Origin: a virus
Taxonomy: Duplodnaviria; Caudoviricetes
Reading direction: 5' to 3' (one strand)
Virus record (IMG/VR): IMGVR_UViG_3300012682_000010
Location: 1-38,835 of that record
Length of the DNA stretch: 38,835 bases
A model generated the notes under the pieces. That model was not told the origin of the DNA, ran no database searches, and saw only the letters and a list, made by a program, of their open reading frames with translations. Below, piece after piece: positions 9,140-17,874 of the stretch. Position 1 is the stretch's first letter, and each line of letters starts with the position of its first letter. Made by a program: the position numbers and the translations under genes.

Positions 9140-10089
9140 TAGAACACCAGGCGGGCGGCAGGGTACCGGGAAGCCTCCACCGCCTGGTCGTAGTTGATGA
9201 GGTTGGACACCTGCCATCCGACTCGGAACGTGAGACGGACAGCGGTCATGTCCTGCTGCGCCAGGTTGTAGATGATCGTCCCGGTGTTGTCCTGGATGAC
9301 GGCTTCGGTGAGGATCTTCAGGGTGATGTCCTGGCGGACCCCGAGAACGAACTCGTCCCAGTCGCCGACGAACAGGCGGACGTTGGTGCCGGCAGCACCA
9401 CCGGACGGGAACAGGCCGCGCATCGGGTAGACGACGGGGAGCCCGTCGACCTCCGACAGCGTCCCGTTGATCCGCTGACCGTCGAGCCGGTCACCCTGAC
9501 TGTTCCGCGATGTGCGGATGCGCCCACGAGCGGATCGGGCGGCGACGAACCCGGTGGCGTTGAACCCGTCCGCCTCGAGCAGCCCGAGCGCAGAGTCGAT
9601 GTCGCCCATGAACCCGCCCTGAGCGGCGGTGGCGACCTCGGTGAAGCTGTTGCCGGCGGCGGCGGCGGCAGCCGACACGTTGACCGGCCAGCTGGCGGGG
9701 GCGTTCGTCCCGAAGAACACGGCGGCGTCAAGCGCCCGGCCGACGGCCTCGGCGAGGTACGGCTCCGCCTCGTCCCACACGTTCGTCTCAATGTCGGCGA
9801 CGACAGCGTCCGGGATCGGCATGATCGTCGCGATCTCCTCGACGTTGAGGAACTTGTTCGCCCAGTTGATCTCGGTCGTCTGCTTCAGCCCGGTGTCGCC
9901 GGTCACGAAGTAGGCGACGGGCATGGCGGACATCACGGGGAACCGGGTCTGACCGCGGGACACGGGCACCCGGCGGAACAGCTGGAGGGCGGCCGAGTCG
10001 TCGGCGACCCGGTCAACCATCGCCCGGGACACCTCCTCGGGGATCTCAGCGGCCGCGTCGGTGCGGCTCACGATGTTGTTGTACGGCAT
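9139..10089 (-). CDS. Major capsid protein (HK97 fold)
   Basis: IPEEVSRAM, AYFVTG...KQTT, EEIATIMPIP, LDAAVFFG, GDW, NLAQQDMTAVR; GAAGGAG RBS. Confidence 0.95.
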   Translation of the reverse strand: MPYNNIVSRTDAAAEIPEEVSRAMVDRVADDSAALQLFRRVPVSRGQTRFPVMSAMPVAYFVTGDTGLKQTTEINWANKFLNVEEIATIMPIPDAVVADIETNVWDEAEPYLAEAVGRALDAAVFFGTNAPASWPVNVSAAAAAAGNSFTEVATAAQGGFMGDIDSALGLLEADGFNATGFVAARSARGRIRTSRNSQGDRLDGQRINGTLSEVDGLPVVYPMRGLFPSGGAAGTNVRLFVGDWDEFVLGVRQDITLKILTEAVIQDNTGTIIYNLAQQDMTAVRLTFRVGWQVSNLINYDQAVEASRYPAARLVF

Positions 10090-10145
10090 GGGGGTGTGGC
10101 TCCTTCAGGGTCACGTAGTCCCCACGGTGGGGCCTACAGGTGGCG

Positions 10146-10661
10146 TTACCGGTGGCCTGCCGCGGCGCGGATCAGGTCGTTCATGTTCGGACCGGCCGGG
10201 TTAGCGGCGGGGACGGCTCCGGGCCGCATCCGCTCCTTCGGTCTGCCGGGGGGCGCCACCTGGGCTGGTACTGCCGGTGCTGCGGGGAACGATGTGAGAA
10301 GGTCGTCGGCGTCAGCTTCCAACTCTTCACGGGTCGACCCGACAAGCCGTTTCGCCTGCGACGGGGTCAGCCCCTTCTCGTAGGCGACGGTCACCCGGAG
10401 TGTTGCCGCTTCGGCGTCAGCCGCCCGCCGTTCGGCGGCGTTCAGCTTCTCGGCTGTCCGTTCCTCGGCGGTCTTGCGGGCGTCGTCCTGTTCCTGGGCC
10501 TTCCGGGCGAGCGGTTCCAGTTCCTTCAGCCGTTTCCGTAGGCCGGCGGCTTCACTGTTCGCCTTGCTGATCTTCGCTTTGGCCCGTTCGGCGTCGAAAG
10601 CGTCGTCGCCGTCCTGGTCGCCGTCCTGATCGGCGGCCGGCGGGGGTGTTTCGTCTGCCAT
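10146..10661 (-). CDS. Capsid scaffolding protein
   Basis: Acidic N-terminus, coiled coil, KGLT...RLVGSTREELEADADDL, C-terminal MNDLIR; directly upstream of the capsid gene. Confidence 0.85.
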   Translation of the reverse strand: MADETPPPAADQDGDQDGDDAFDAERAKAKISKANSEAAGLRKRLKELEPLARKAQEQDDARKTAEERTAEKLNAAERRAADAEAATLRVTVAYEKGLTPSQAKRLVGSTREELEADADDLLTSFPAAPAVPAQVAPPGRPKERMRPGAVPAANPAGPNMNDLIRAAAGHR

Positions 10662-10704
10662 GAACCCTCCTGGGGTCTGTTGTGACCGCCCTCCTGGGGG
10701 CGGC
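10662..10704 (-). promoter_or_regulatory. Tandem RBS hairpins with (C)CAGGA loops upstream of the scaffold gene
   Basis: mRNA GGCCGCCC-CCAGGA-GGGCGGUC and GACCC-CAGGA-GGGUU immediately before the AUG. Confidence 0.5.
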
Positions 10705-10710
10705 CGGTGG

Positions 10711-11460
10711 TTACCGGCCTTCGATGGCTCGGCGGAAAGCGACAGCGGGCGTCAACCCGTCCTCGCTCCGGGCGGTCCGTTTCGCCTGCTTCCACAGGTC
10801 AGCGAACTCGCGGCCCCGGCCAGGCCACGGCTGATCCCGGGTGAACACCGGCTCCGACGTGCAACCGCATGCCCGGTGGTACTTGGCACCGTCACGGGCC
10901 ACGGTGGCCCGAGCGTTGGAACGGTAGACGGGGCCCCGGCTGGCGAGCATGGCGCAGAAAGCGCACGGCTTACCGTCCGTCACCCTGGCGTACCCGAGGG
11001 CGGTGGGGTCACGGTCGATCGAGCCGAGGATCGTCTCACGGCCACCGTTCAGAACCTGCCGGGACACGTCGCCGCTGACGTTCGTCAACGCCACCACGGC
11101 GGCGTCAGGACGGGCGAGGGCAACCAGGCGGCCGGCGGCGGCCGGGCCGACGATACGCAGCGACGTGACCACCTCAGCCGCAGGGGGTGGAGGGACCACG
11201 GCAGGCGTAAGCGGCCCCGTGACCCCCTCAGCCTCCCGGAACTGGCCGTAGTAAGCGGCAGCCAACCCGGCCGACACCGCCCAGCGGGCCTGGATCAGCG
11301 CCACCAGCGCCGTCTCCACCATCGGCCAGGTACCGGCAATGTCGCCGATCTGGAAGGCACGCCAGATGGTCAGCAGGTCTTTGAGCGTGGCGGCACGCAG
11401 TGCGAGCTGCTGGCGGCGGTGACGCTCCGTGAGCGTGACCCCCGCGGCGGTCGATGCCAC
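10711..11460 (-). CDS. MuF-like/VG15-type capsid maturation (minor head) protein
   Basis: GYARVTDGKPCAFCAMLASRGPVY...YHRACGCTSEPVF motif; between portal and scaffold; start re-called to GTG 11460. Confidence 0.8.
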   Translation of the reverse strand: MASTAAGVTLTERHRRQQLALRAATLKDLLTIWRAFQIGDIAGTWPMVETALVALIQARWAVSAGLAAAYYGQFREAEGVTGPLTPAVVPPPPAAEVVTSLRIVGPAAAGRLVALARPDAAVVALTNVSGDVSRQVLNGGRETILGSIDRDPTALGYARVTDGKPCAFCAMLASRGPVYRSNARATVARDGAKYHRACGCTSEPVFTRDQPWPGRGREFADLWKQAKRTARSEDGLTPAVAFRRAIEGR

Positions 11461-11461
11461 G

Positions 11462-12925
11462 TCAGCGGTCCTCGATGCCCGCCGCTTCACCCTCGGGCAG
11501 ACGCAAAGACACGGGAACGGCACCGGTAAAGTCGAGCCCGGCCAGGCCAACCTGAGCGGCGGCCGACTCCGGCGACACCCCGGCCCGGATCAGGACTCCC
11601 AACGCGTCGGCCTTCGCCTTCGCCTCAGATGGGTCAACACTCCCCATCTGCCGGTCCAGCATGTCGGTCAGACCGGCCAGCGAGTCGCCGCCGGCCGCCG
11701 TCGCCTTCCACCGCTCCACGTCCTGCTGAGACACCCCGGGCACCCGTTCCCACAGTTCCTGGGGCGGGATGCCAAGCATCGTCGCCATCTTCCCGAGAGC
11801 GTCGACTACCTGAGCGAGCGACCGGGCCTCAGTGTCCCGCCACCGCACCTGCGCCGAATCGTCCACCTCGAGCCCGGCCATCCGGCCGGCGAGGTTCAGG
11901 TACTGCTCGAACGACTCACCCTGCCCGGTCTCCCTCTCCCCGATCTTCCGCCGCTGCCCCGCCTCCGCCGCCGCCAACGCCTCAGCGGCAAGGTTCGCCA
12001 TCTCACCAAGCAGGCTGTGCGGCGGCGTCTGGCTGACGATCCCCATAAACTTCACGGTCGACTCACGGGAGTCGAGGTACCCGGACAGGTCCACCTGGCC
12101 GAACTCGCCGATCTTGATGTCCGGGTCATCGAACGTCAACATCCTCGACGCCGCCGCCCGCTGCTTCTCGTTCTCATCATCCGACGTCCACCCGATGATG
12201 TACCGCTGACGGAACGCCTGATAGTGCTGCGCCACGAGCAACCCGAACGTCGTGATGTCCATCTGGTCCTACATCGGCATCAGAGCTTCGATCTCACCCG
12301 GAGAGTCGTCGTCCAAGTCCTCGGTGTTGCGGAACCGGACGACCGGGCACACCCCGGCCCCGTGCTCGTCTACCCCTTCCAGCGACGTAGGGGTCCTGCC
12401 CCGGCCCCCGTCGAGGTAGTAGACGGCCTCGTCGTCGTACAGGCGGTACCGGGCCGGTCCGGGCCCGTCGACCTCGATCGCATACCGGGGCCAGTCCGGG
12501 TCGTCGCCGTACATCGCAGTCAGGCGGCGGGGTGACACGCCACGCATCACCGGGGCCGTATCCCCGGGGAGGACCACCCCGTACGCGGTGCCGTAAGCCA
12601 ACGTCGACCGGATGATCCCCGACTGGCGGGCGTCCATCTTGTTCGCCTGCCAGATCGCCCAAGGCGCCGCGTCCTCACCGTCCTTCGGCCGGCGGAACCC
12701 GTCGATCGCCATCGACTGCGCCATCACGTCAACCACAAGACCCATCAGGTTGATCCGGCACATCCCGGCCAACCGTCGGACCTCCTCCGGCACCCCCGAA
12801 GGGACCAGCGGGTACGACTGCCGGCCCCGCCAATACGCCCAGATGACATCCAGTTCCCGCAGCTCCGACGACCGGACCTTCAGGAGCGCCTGGGCTTGCT
12901 TCAACGCCTCCTCTTCGGTCAGCAC
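11462..12925 (-). pseudogene. Portal protein (SPP1 gp6-like) interrupted by an in-frame TAG at 12269-12271
   Basis: ORFs 12269..12925 and 11462..12262 are in the same frame: ...GEIEALMPM TAG DQMDITTFGLLVAQHYQAFRQR. Joined they give one portal of about 487 aa. Confidence 0.85.
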
Positions 12926-12942
12926 CAGGCCCCTCCTCAGGG

Positions 12943-14706
12943 TTAGAGGAACGAGGCTCGGCCCGTCCGTTCACGCTTCTTGACCGCCCGGTTCAACACG
13001 TCCCGCCGGGCCATCCGAGCGCCGACCATGCACACGGCAAGGTCAATCTTCCGGGGCGACTCACGGCCCGGCTTCCGCAGGCTGACCCCGTACCCGCCCA
13101 GGTGCCGGAGGGCGTTGCGAACGTGAATCCGCAACCGGCTGTCGCCATCCCAAGTGAGATCCCCGTCGGGCCCCTCAATGTCAGCGGTGCACCGCATCGC
13201 CGCCAGGGTGAACGCTTCCGTCCTGGCCGGCGAGGACATGTCCCACATGATCGAATGGCCACCGGCGCCAGGCTTCGCCCACACCGACAGGCGGTCCTTG
13301 AAACGGCGGTGCCACTCGTCGATCAGACCGTCCCAGTAGGCCTCCTGGGTCACGTCGTCCTTCGTGTGGCTCGGGTCGGCGTAGAACGCCACCGGGCGGT
13401 ACCGGTCGAAGACCTGCTCCACCGCCAGGTTCACCTCGGCACGGGGGACCACCCACAGCTTGCCCCGCTCCCCCGGTGGCCGCTGCCACATCCCGAGAGT
13501 GACGACGTGACCGTCGCTGAGCCTGCAACCCACCAGCGCCGTGGCATCGTCGCTCTTCGAGCCGTCGAAGAACACCGCCAGCTCGTCCTGGTCAGCGACG
13601 AGGATGTCAGGGCGGGCCCGGGCGTCGAACTTCTGCGGGTCAACCCAGGCGTCCTCTTCCGCGGTGATCTGGTTGTACCAAAACCGCCTCGACCGTTCGG
13701 GCGGGTTCCGGGTGTCGAGGATGCTCTTCACGATCCGCTCAGTGTTCAGCCACGTCGAGTCCCCCCGGATCGACGCCACGACCGCAGGCGCCGCCTCGGC
13801 GGTGAGGGGCGCCTCCGGTGGCGCCTCCAACGAGTCGTACAGAATCCCCGTCGTCAACGACCGTCCCGCCGCCTGCTCCTCGAACGCCTCCCGGTCATGC
13901 TGTGCGACCGAGTCCTCCGCCGGCTGGTAGGCGTTCGTTATCGCCAACGTCCGGGCGGCGCCGCCCTCAGACTTGGTGGCGTTCCGCTCGATCACGTCGG
14001 CCATGGCGTGACCGTCGTTCCCCTTCAACCAGTGCTGAGTCTCATTCTTGAGGACAACACTGGCCCGGGCCCCCTCGAGCGTCGCCGGGCTCGAGGTCAC
14101 CGCCTGAATCAGCCGCTCGTCCCCCATCGCGTGGATGAGCTCCTTGCCGACCTGGACCCGGTAGAACGCCTTTGCCTCGGGGGTAATCAGCGCCGGCATC
14201 AGGCGCATCGTGTTCTTCGTCTGCTCGAGCGACGTCGCCGCCGTCTGCGCCCACGCCTCCGGGTTGTCGACCGCTACGGGCTCGTCGTTCACCATCCCGG
14301 CGACCCGGCACGGGCCAAGCATCTCCACATACAGCAGACAGGCGCCGATCGGGTCCTTCCCCCAACCCTTCAGACGTTGCAGCACCCCGTCTCGGAACAG
14401 CCACTGGCCGGCATCGTCAACCGCGAACCACCACAGGATGAACCGGGCCTGCTCAAGCGTGAACCGCCACGGGCGCCGCCGGTGCTGCAGCTCCGTCCCG
14501 CACCAGCCGAGGACATCCCAGCCGAGCGTGGCCGCCGGCAGAACCCATGCGTCACCGGCGGTCTGCCACGTCGGCCCGATCCGCAGCGGCTCCCACCCAC
14601 AGCCCACCCACGGGAAGACGGCCGGAACAGCCAGCGTGTCCCGGTACCAGCGGACCACCTCACCATGCTCATCGCCGAGGCGAACCTCAGCGACCCTACG
14701 CGCCAC
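12943..14706 (-). CDS. terL: Terminase large subunit
   Basis: FTLEQARFILWW, Walker A-like QRLKGWGKDP, NETQHW, nuclease FDGSKSDDATAL and RKIDLAVC; start re-called to GTG 14706. Confidence 0.95.
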   Translation of the reverse strand: MARRVAEVRLGDEHGEVVRWYRDTLAVPAVFPWVGCGWEPLRIGPTWQTAGDAWVLPAATLGWDVLGWCGTELQHRRRPWRFTLEQARFILWWFAVDDAGQWLFRDGVLQRLKGWGKDPIGACLLYVEMLGPCRVAGMVNDEPVAVDNPEAWAQTAATSLEQTKNTMRLMPALITPEAKAFYRVQVGKELIHAMGDERLIQAVTSSPATLEGARASVVLKNETQHWLKGNDGHAMADVIERNATKSEGGAARTLAITNAYQPAEDSVAQHDREAFEEQAAGRSLTTGILYDSLEAPPEAPLTAEAAPAVVASIRGDSTWLNTERIVKSILDTRNPPERSRRFWYNQITAEEDAWVDPQKFDARARPDILVADQDELAVFFDGSKSDDATALVGCRLSDGHVVTLGMWQRPPGERGKLWVVPRAEVNLAVEQVFDRYRPVAFYADPSHTKDDVTQEAYWDGLIDEWHRRFKDRLSVWAKPGAGGHSIMWDMSSPARTEAFTLAAMRCTADIEGPDGDLTWDGDSRLRIHVRNALRHLGGYGVSLRKPGRESPRKIDLAVCMVGARMARRDVLNRAVKKRERTGRASFL

Positions 14707-15058
14707 GCTTCCAGCGGGCGTTCGCCACGTCACGCATCGTCGCCGACCGCTTCACCCGCTCGGCCTCAGCCGACTCGGCGTCCTCCGGCAGCTTCAGCGA
14801 CTGCAGCAACCGTGCCACCACAGTGCGGTGCTGACGGATCTCGGTGATGAGAGGGGAAGCGACCGGCTGGCCCTGCGAACCCTCCACCATCAGCCCAGAC
14901 TTGGCCACCTCCGCCTCGAGCCGATCGACCAGGTCGCCCTCACGGCACGCGTCCTCGAGTACGCGCAACTCGTCCTCCCTGAGGTTGAACGCCGTGGTCG
15001 TCTCCGTCCACAACTTGCGAGCCTTGCCGCTCAGCTTCGACGGGGGCTTGGTTGCCAT
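14696..15058 (-). CDS. terS: Terminase small subunit
   Basis: ATG 15058 after AGGAGG; PPSKLSGKARKLW...LEDACREGD...GSQGQPVASPLITEIRQHR...ANARW. Confidence 0.88.
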   Translation of the reverse strand: MATKPPSKLSGKARKLWTETTTAFNLREDELRVLEDACREGDLVDRLEAEVAKSGLMVEGSQGQPVASPLITEIRQHRTVVARLLQSLKLPEDAESAEAERVKRSATMRDVANARWKRGA

Positions 15059-15074
15059 GTCGGCCCTCCTGGGG

Positions 15075-15280
15075 CATCGGGCCGCTCCCTGGCGGCGGTT
15101 GGAAGGTCGGCATCGGTCGACCACATCGTCCCGTTGGCACATGGCGGCGAGCACAGCGGCGCCTGTTGGCGGCCTGACCCTTGGCAGACTGCCGATAGCG
15201 GCGCCGCACCTCGGGCGTCGAGCGAAGCAGAACCGGCTGCCTCGACGAACGGCAGAGCCGCACACTTCACAGGATGCCAA
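15075..15280. pseudogene. Rearranged HNH endonuclease remnant
   Basis: Minus strand CEVCG...RFC and RRYRQSAKGQAANRRR in different frames; plus strand 15107-15157 reads SASVDHIVPLAHGGEHS, an HNH core. Confidence 0.55.
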
Positions 15281-15289
15281 AAGAGGAGC

Positions 15290-15375
15290 CTCTCGTACGC
15301 AGATGGTGTCCTGCTACCCTTCCCGGTTCCCTGGGGCCTTTCATGTTTGGGGGGGTCCCCACCCGGGGTGAGCCT
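15290..15375. other. Candidate packaging (cos) region
   Basis: Between HNH and terS, with G/C runs (CCCCGGGTGGGGACCCCCCC on the minus strand), the usual place for cohesive ends in HNH-terminase phages. Positional inference only. Confidence 0.35.
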
Positions 15376-15658
15376 CGGGGGTCCGCTGTCGTTGCGCTTT
15401 TCGTTCGGCGCGTGCCGCGTTGCCTTCGGCGGACGACTTGCGGGCGTGGTGGGGGGCGCAGAGTGAGCGGAGGTTGGAGGGGTGGTCACCGCCGCCGCGC
15501 CGGATGTGGTCGACGTCGGTGGCGGGCTTACCGCAGGTGCCGCTGTCGGTGTGCCACTGGCAGCGGCCTTGGTCCCGGCGGATGATGGCAGCTCGGATGC
15601 CGGGCCAGTTGGGGGGGAGGGTGCGGCGCCGGGTGCTGCCTGCCCATTGGCCGGTCAT
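15341..15658 (-). CDS. HNH endonuclease (terminase-associated, HK97 gp74-like)
   Basis: WAGSTRRRTLPPNW...RDQGRCQ...ATDVDHI...NLRSLCAPHHARKS...HPG. Confidence 0.9.
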   Translation of the reverse strand: MTGQWAGSTRRRTLPPNWPGIRAAIIRRDQGRCQWHTDSGTCGKPATDVDHIRRGGGDHPSNLRSLCAPHHARKSSAEGNAARAERKAQRQRTPEAHPGWGPPQT

Positions 15659-15769
15659 CTGTGTTCCGGGTGGCGGGGCACTTCACCCATCCCACCTGAG
15701 TCGTAAGTGGTAGCACATCTTGGCGGGGTAGTGGGTCATGGTCTGGCGGCGCATCGGGTGCGAGGGCGC

Positions 15770-15982
15770 CTAGCCACGGTGCCCGCCCCTGGCGACGAGG
15801 TCGTAGACGCCCTGGCGGGACAGCCCGGTGAGGTGCATCAGGTCGCCGACGCTGACCTGAGCCTCGCGGGCCTCGGTCAGCAGCGGGACCAGGGCAGCTG
15901 TAGCTTCCGCCTCTGCCGCCCTGGCTCGCTGACGGGCCTGTCCGACTCTCGCCAGCCGGGAGCGGAGAGCGTCCTGGCTCAC
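15770..15982 (-). CDS. Small HTH DNA-binding protein
   Basis: VSVGDLMHLTGLSRQGVYDLV HTH; GTGA-coupled to the upstream gene. Confidence 0.8.
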   Translation of the reverse strand: MSQDALRSRLARVGQARQRARAAEAEATAALVPLLTEAREAQVSVGDLMHLTGLSRQGVYDLVARGGHRG

Positions 15983-16347
15983 GCCAGCATCCCGAGGCGA
16001 GCGGACCGGGCCACCTCGGCGCCCCGCACGGAGTCGGCGGCGAGGAACCCCCGCCCGCCCTGGACTGACGGGCCCCGGACTGATGCGAGTGCGTGCGGTG
16101 AGCCATCTGCGTGCAGGCTGACCGTGGCCCCGTACTCACCGCAGCAGGTCCGGTGGTGCTGGGCGCAGAGCCATTCCAGGTAGGCGCCCCGGTCCTCGGC
16201 CGACAGGTCGGCGGCGAGCACGGCCGAGATCTCGGCGGCGACGTCCGTCGTCACCTGATGCGAGCTGCGGGTGGTGCCTCGTTGCCAGCCGGGGTGGCCT
16301 TGCTCTATCTCGGCGGTGAAGGAGTAGGTCGTCGTCGTCGTGTCCAT
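15979..16347 (-). CDS. Hypothetical protein, probably from a leaderless mRNA
   Basis: MDTTTTTYSFTAEIEQGH...; the ATG lies 7 nt after a putative -10 box and has no SD. Confidence 0.6.
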   Translation of the reverse strand: MDTTTTTYSFTAEIEQGHPGWQRGTTRSSHQVTTDVAAEISAVLAADLSAEDRGAYLEWLCAQHHRTCCGEYGATVSLHADGSPHALASVRGPSVQGGRGFLAADSVRGAEVARSARLGMLA

Positions 16348-16383
16348 GTCCACTAGTAGACACCATCCCGGCGTTCGTGTCAA
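16347..16383 (-). promoter_or_regulatory. SigA-type promoter with an overlapping 16-bp operator palindrome
   Basis: TTGACA (16383-16378), 17-nt spacer, TCTACT, 7 nt, ATG. TGTCCACTAGTAGACA (16347-16362) is palindromic with one mismatched pair. Confidence 0.65.
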
Positions 16384-16403
16384 GAGGTGGGGGACCGGCT
16401 CGG

Positions 16404-17125
16404 TCATCGTCTGCCTGCCTTCCGTTTGGCCCGCTGCCTGGTTCGTCGCCGTTCGGCTTCCCGGTCGAGTCGGTCCATGAGTGCCCGGGTGACGCGCCGG
16501 TTCTGGTGGTGGGCGCAGACGAGTTCGGCGTCGGGGTTGCGGCCGATGGCTCGGGCGGTGTCGTAGCACCAGCGGCAGAGGCCTCGCATGCCGGGTCCGG
16601 CTTCGGTGTGGTGGCCGTGGGTGAGGCAGTTGGTGCAGGCCGGCGGGTTCTCGAGGCGGAGCTTCCGGCGGTCGTAGGACTTGGGCATGGTGCCTTGGAC
16701 GAGGCTGAGTGCCCGGTCGAGTCCGTGCCGTGCGTCACGGATGATGTCGGCGGCGTCCTGGTCGTCGGCTCGCTGGGCGCGCGAGAGGTCGTGGTGGGCG
16801 TTCGGATGTGGTCGGCGGCTTGGTCGAGCTTGCCGGCGTGCCCCCGTTTGGTGCGGCCGGTGTCGCCCCAGTCTGCTTCGACGAGGGCGGCGACGGGGTC
16901 GGCGTGGCCGCCTGAGCTTCGGTGGGGTTGCAGGCTGGGTGAGCAGAGCCCGTCGCCACGGTTGGTGATGGCTTGGGCTCGGGGGAGCCAGTGGGCGAGT
17001 TGGGTGGTGGTGTGTTCGATCCGGTTGAGGTCTGCGGTCAGGTCGGGGTGGGTGTGGTGGAGGCGTTCGGTGAGGGTTCGGATCTGGTCGAGGGCCTGGT
17101 CGAGCGGCTGGCGGCGGACGGTCAT
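16404..17125 (-). pseudogene. Frameshifted gene for a Zn-finger protein (possible late regulator)
   Basis: N-half MTVRRQPLDQ...DQAADHIR (from ATG 17125) continues in another frame as NAHHDLSRAQR...CTNC...CRWC...; the break is at CGAAC near 16800. Confidence 0.65.
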
Positions 17126-17874
17126 CGGCTGGCGGTCCGGTGGACGGCGGCGAGCAGGGCGGCTGGCTTACGTGGGGGGTCGTCGGCCTCCATGAGCCAC
17201 CCGATCTGCTCGTCAACGATGCGCCAGTCAACCCGGCCGAGGGTCTCGGCGACGACCCGGTTGCACTCGAGGAGGTCCGGGTAGCTGGTGGCGTCCTTGA
17301 GGCGCAGGGCGAGGTTGCGGCGTCGCATCTTGCCGTCGGGGGACTCGTTGGGCCCGGTGGCCTCGGGGTTCCCCCAGCCGTCCGGCCCTAGTCGTTCGGC
17401 GTCAGCCGTTCCCGGGGTTGGCTCGCCCTCACCAGTCTTGGAACCCCGGGAAGAAGAGTTACCACCTAAGGACGGGACGGGACGGGACGGGGCAGTGTTA
17501 CTAACGCCGTCGCTAACGCCGTTAGTAACGGCCCGCTCCTTCCACTTCCGCTGACGCTCGGCGGTGGCTGCGCGCTCGGCGGTGGCCTGCCGGGCGGATG
17601 GTTGGTAGACGAGGTAGTCGTGGATGCGGTAGCCGCCCTCGGCCTCATCCCATACCGCTGAGGTCTGGTGTGGCTGCACGGCCAGCACCTCCTTGAGGAA
17701 GGCGGGCTTGTAGCGGAGGATGAGCCCGCCGACCTCGCATGCGGGGATGAAGCCGTCGGTGAGGTACCGGGACGACCAGCAAAGGGCAGCAAGGTGGAGG
17801 CAGATGGCGCCGTGGCTGAGGGCCCGCACCTTGGGGTGGCCCATGAAGCCGTCGTCGAGCTTGACCCAGGTCAT
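17122..17874 (-). CDS. Phage replication initiator/replisome organizer
   Basis: MTWVKLDDGFMGHPKV...LTDGFIP...GYRIHDYLVYQPS N-terminus typical of actinophage Rep-like proteins; coupled to DnaB; carries internal repeats. Confidence 0.75.
   Translation of the reverse strand: MTWVKLDDGFMGHPKVRALSHGAICLHLAALCWSSRYLTDGFIPACEVGGLILRYKPAFLKEVLAVQPHQTSAVWDEAEGGYRIHDYLVYQPSARQATAERAATAERQRKWKERAVTNGVSDGVSNTAPSRPVPSLGGNSSSRGSKTGEGEPTPGTADAERLGPDGWGNPEATGPNESPDGKMRRRNLALRLKDATSYPDLLECNRVVAETLGRVDWRIVDEQIGWLMEADDPPRKPAALLAAVHRTASR
17470..17530. repeat. Candidate origin of replication (iteron-like repeats within the initiator gene)
   Basis: GGACG x4 (17470-17489); CTAACGCCGT x2 at 12-bp spacing; perfect inverted repeat GTTACTAACG (17497-17506) / CGTTAGTAAC (17520-17529). 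Confidence 0.55.

Noticed and set aside
2363-12271. Genome-wide TAG-to-Gln recoding, suggested by the portal amber and by in-frame TAG junctions at 2363 and 8493
   Set aside because: TAG ends the capsid, major tail, terS and other genes at expected lengths, often as TAGTG overlaps with the next start. Only one internal TAG was found and no suppressor tRNA is evident.
506-14847. Long plus-strand ORFs (e.g. 506..2560, 11429..12535, 13102..14847)
   Set aside because: Antisense shadows of GC3-rich minus-strand genes; Arg/Gly/Pro-rich with no recognisable motifs.
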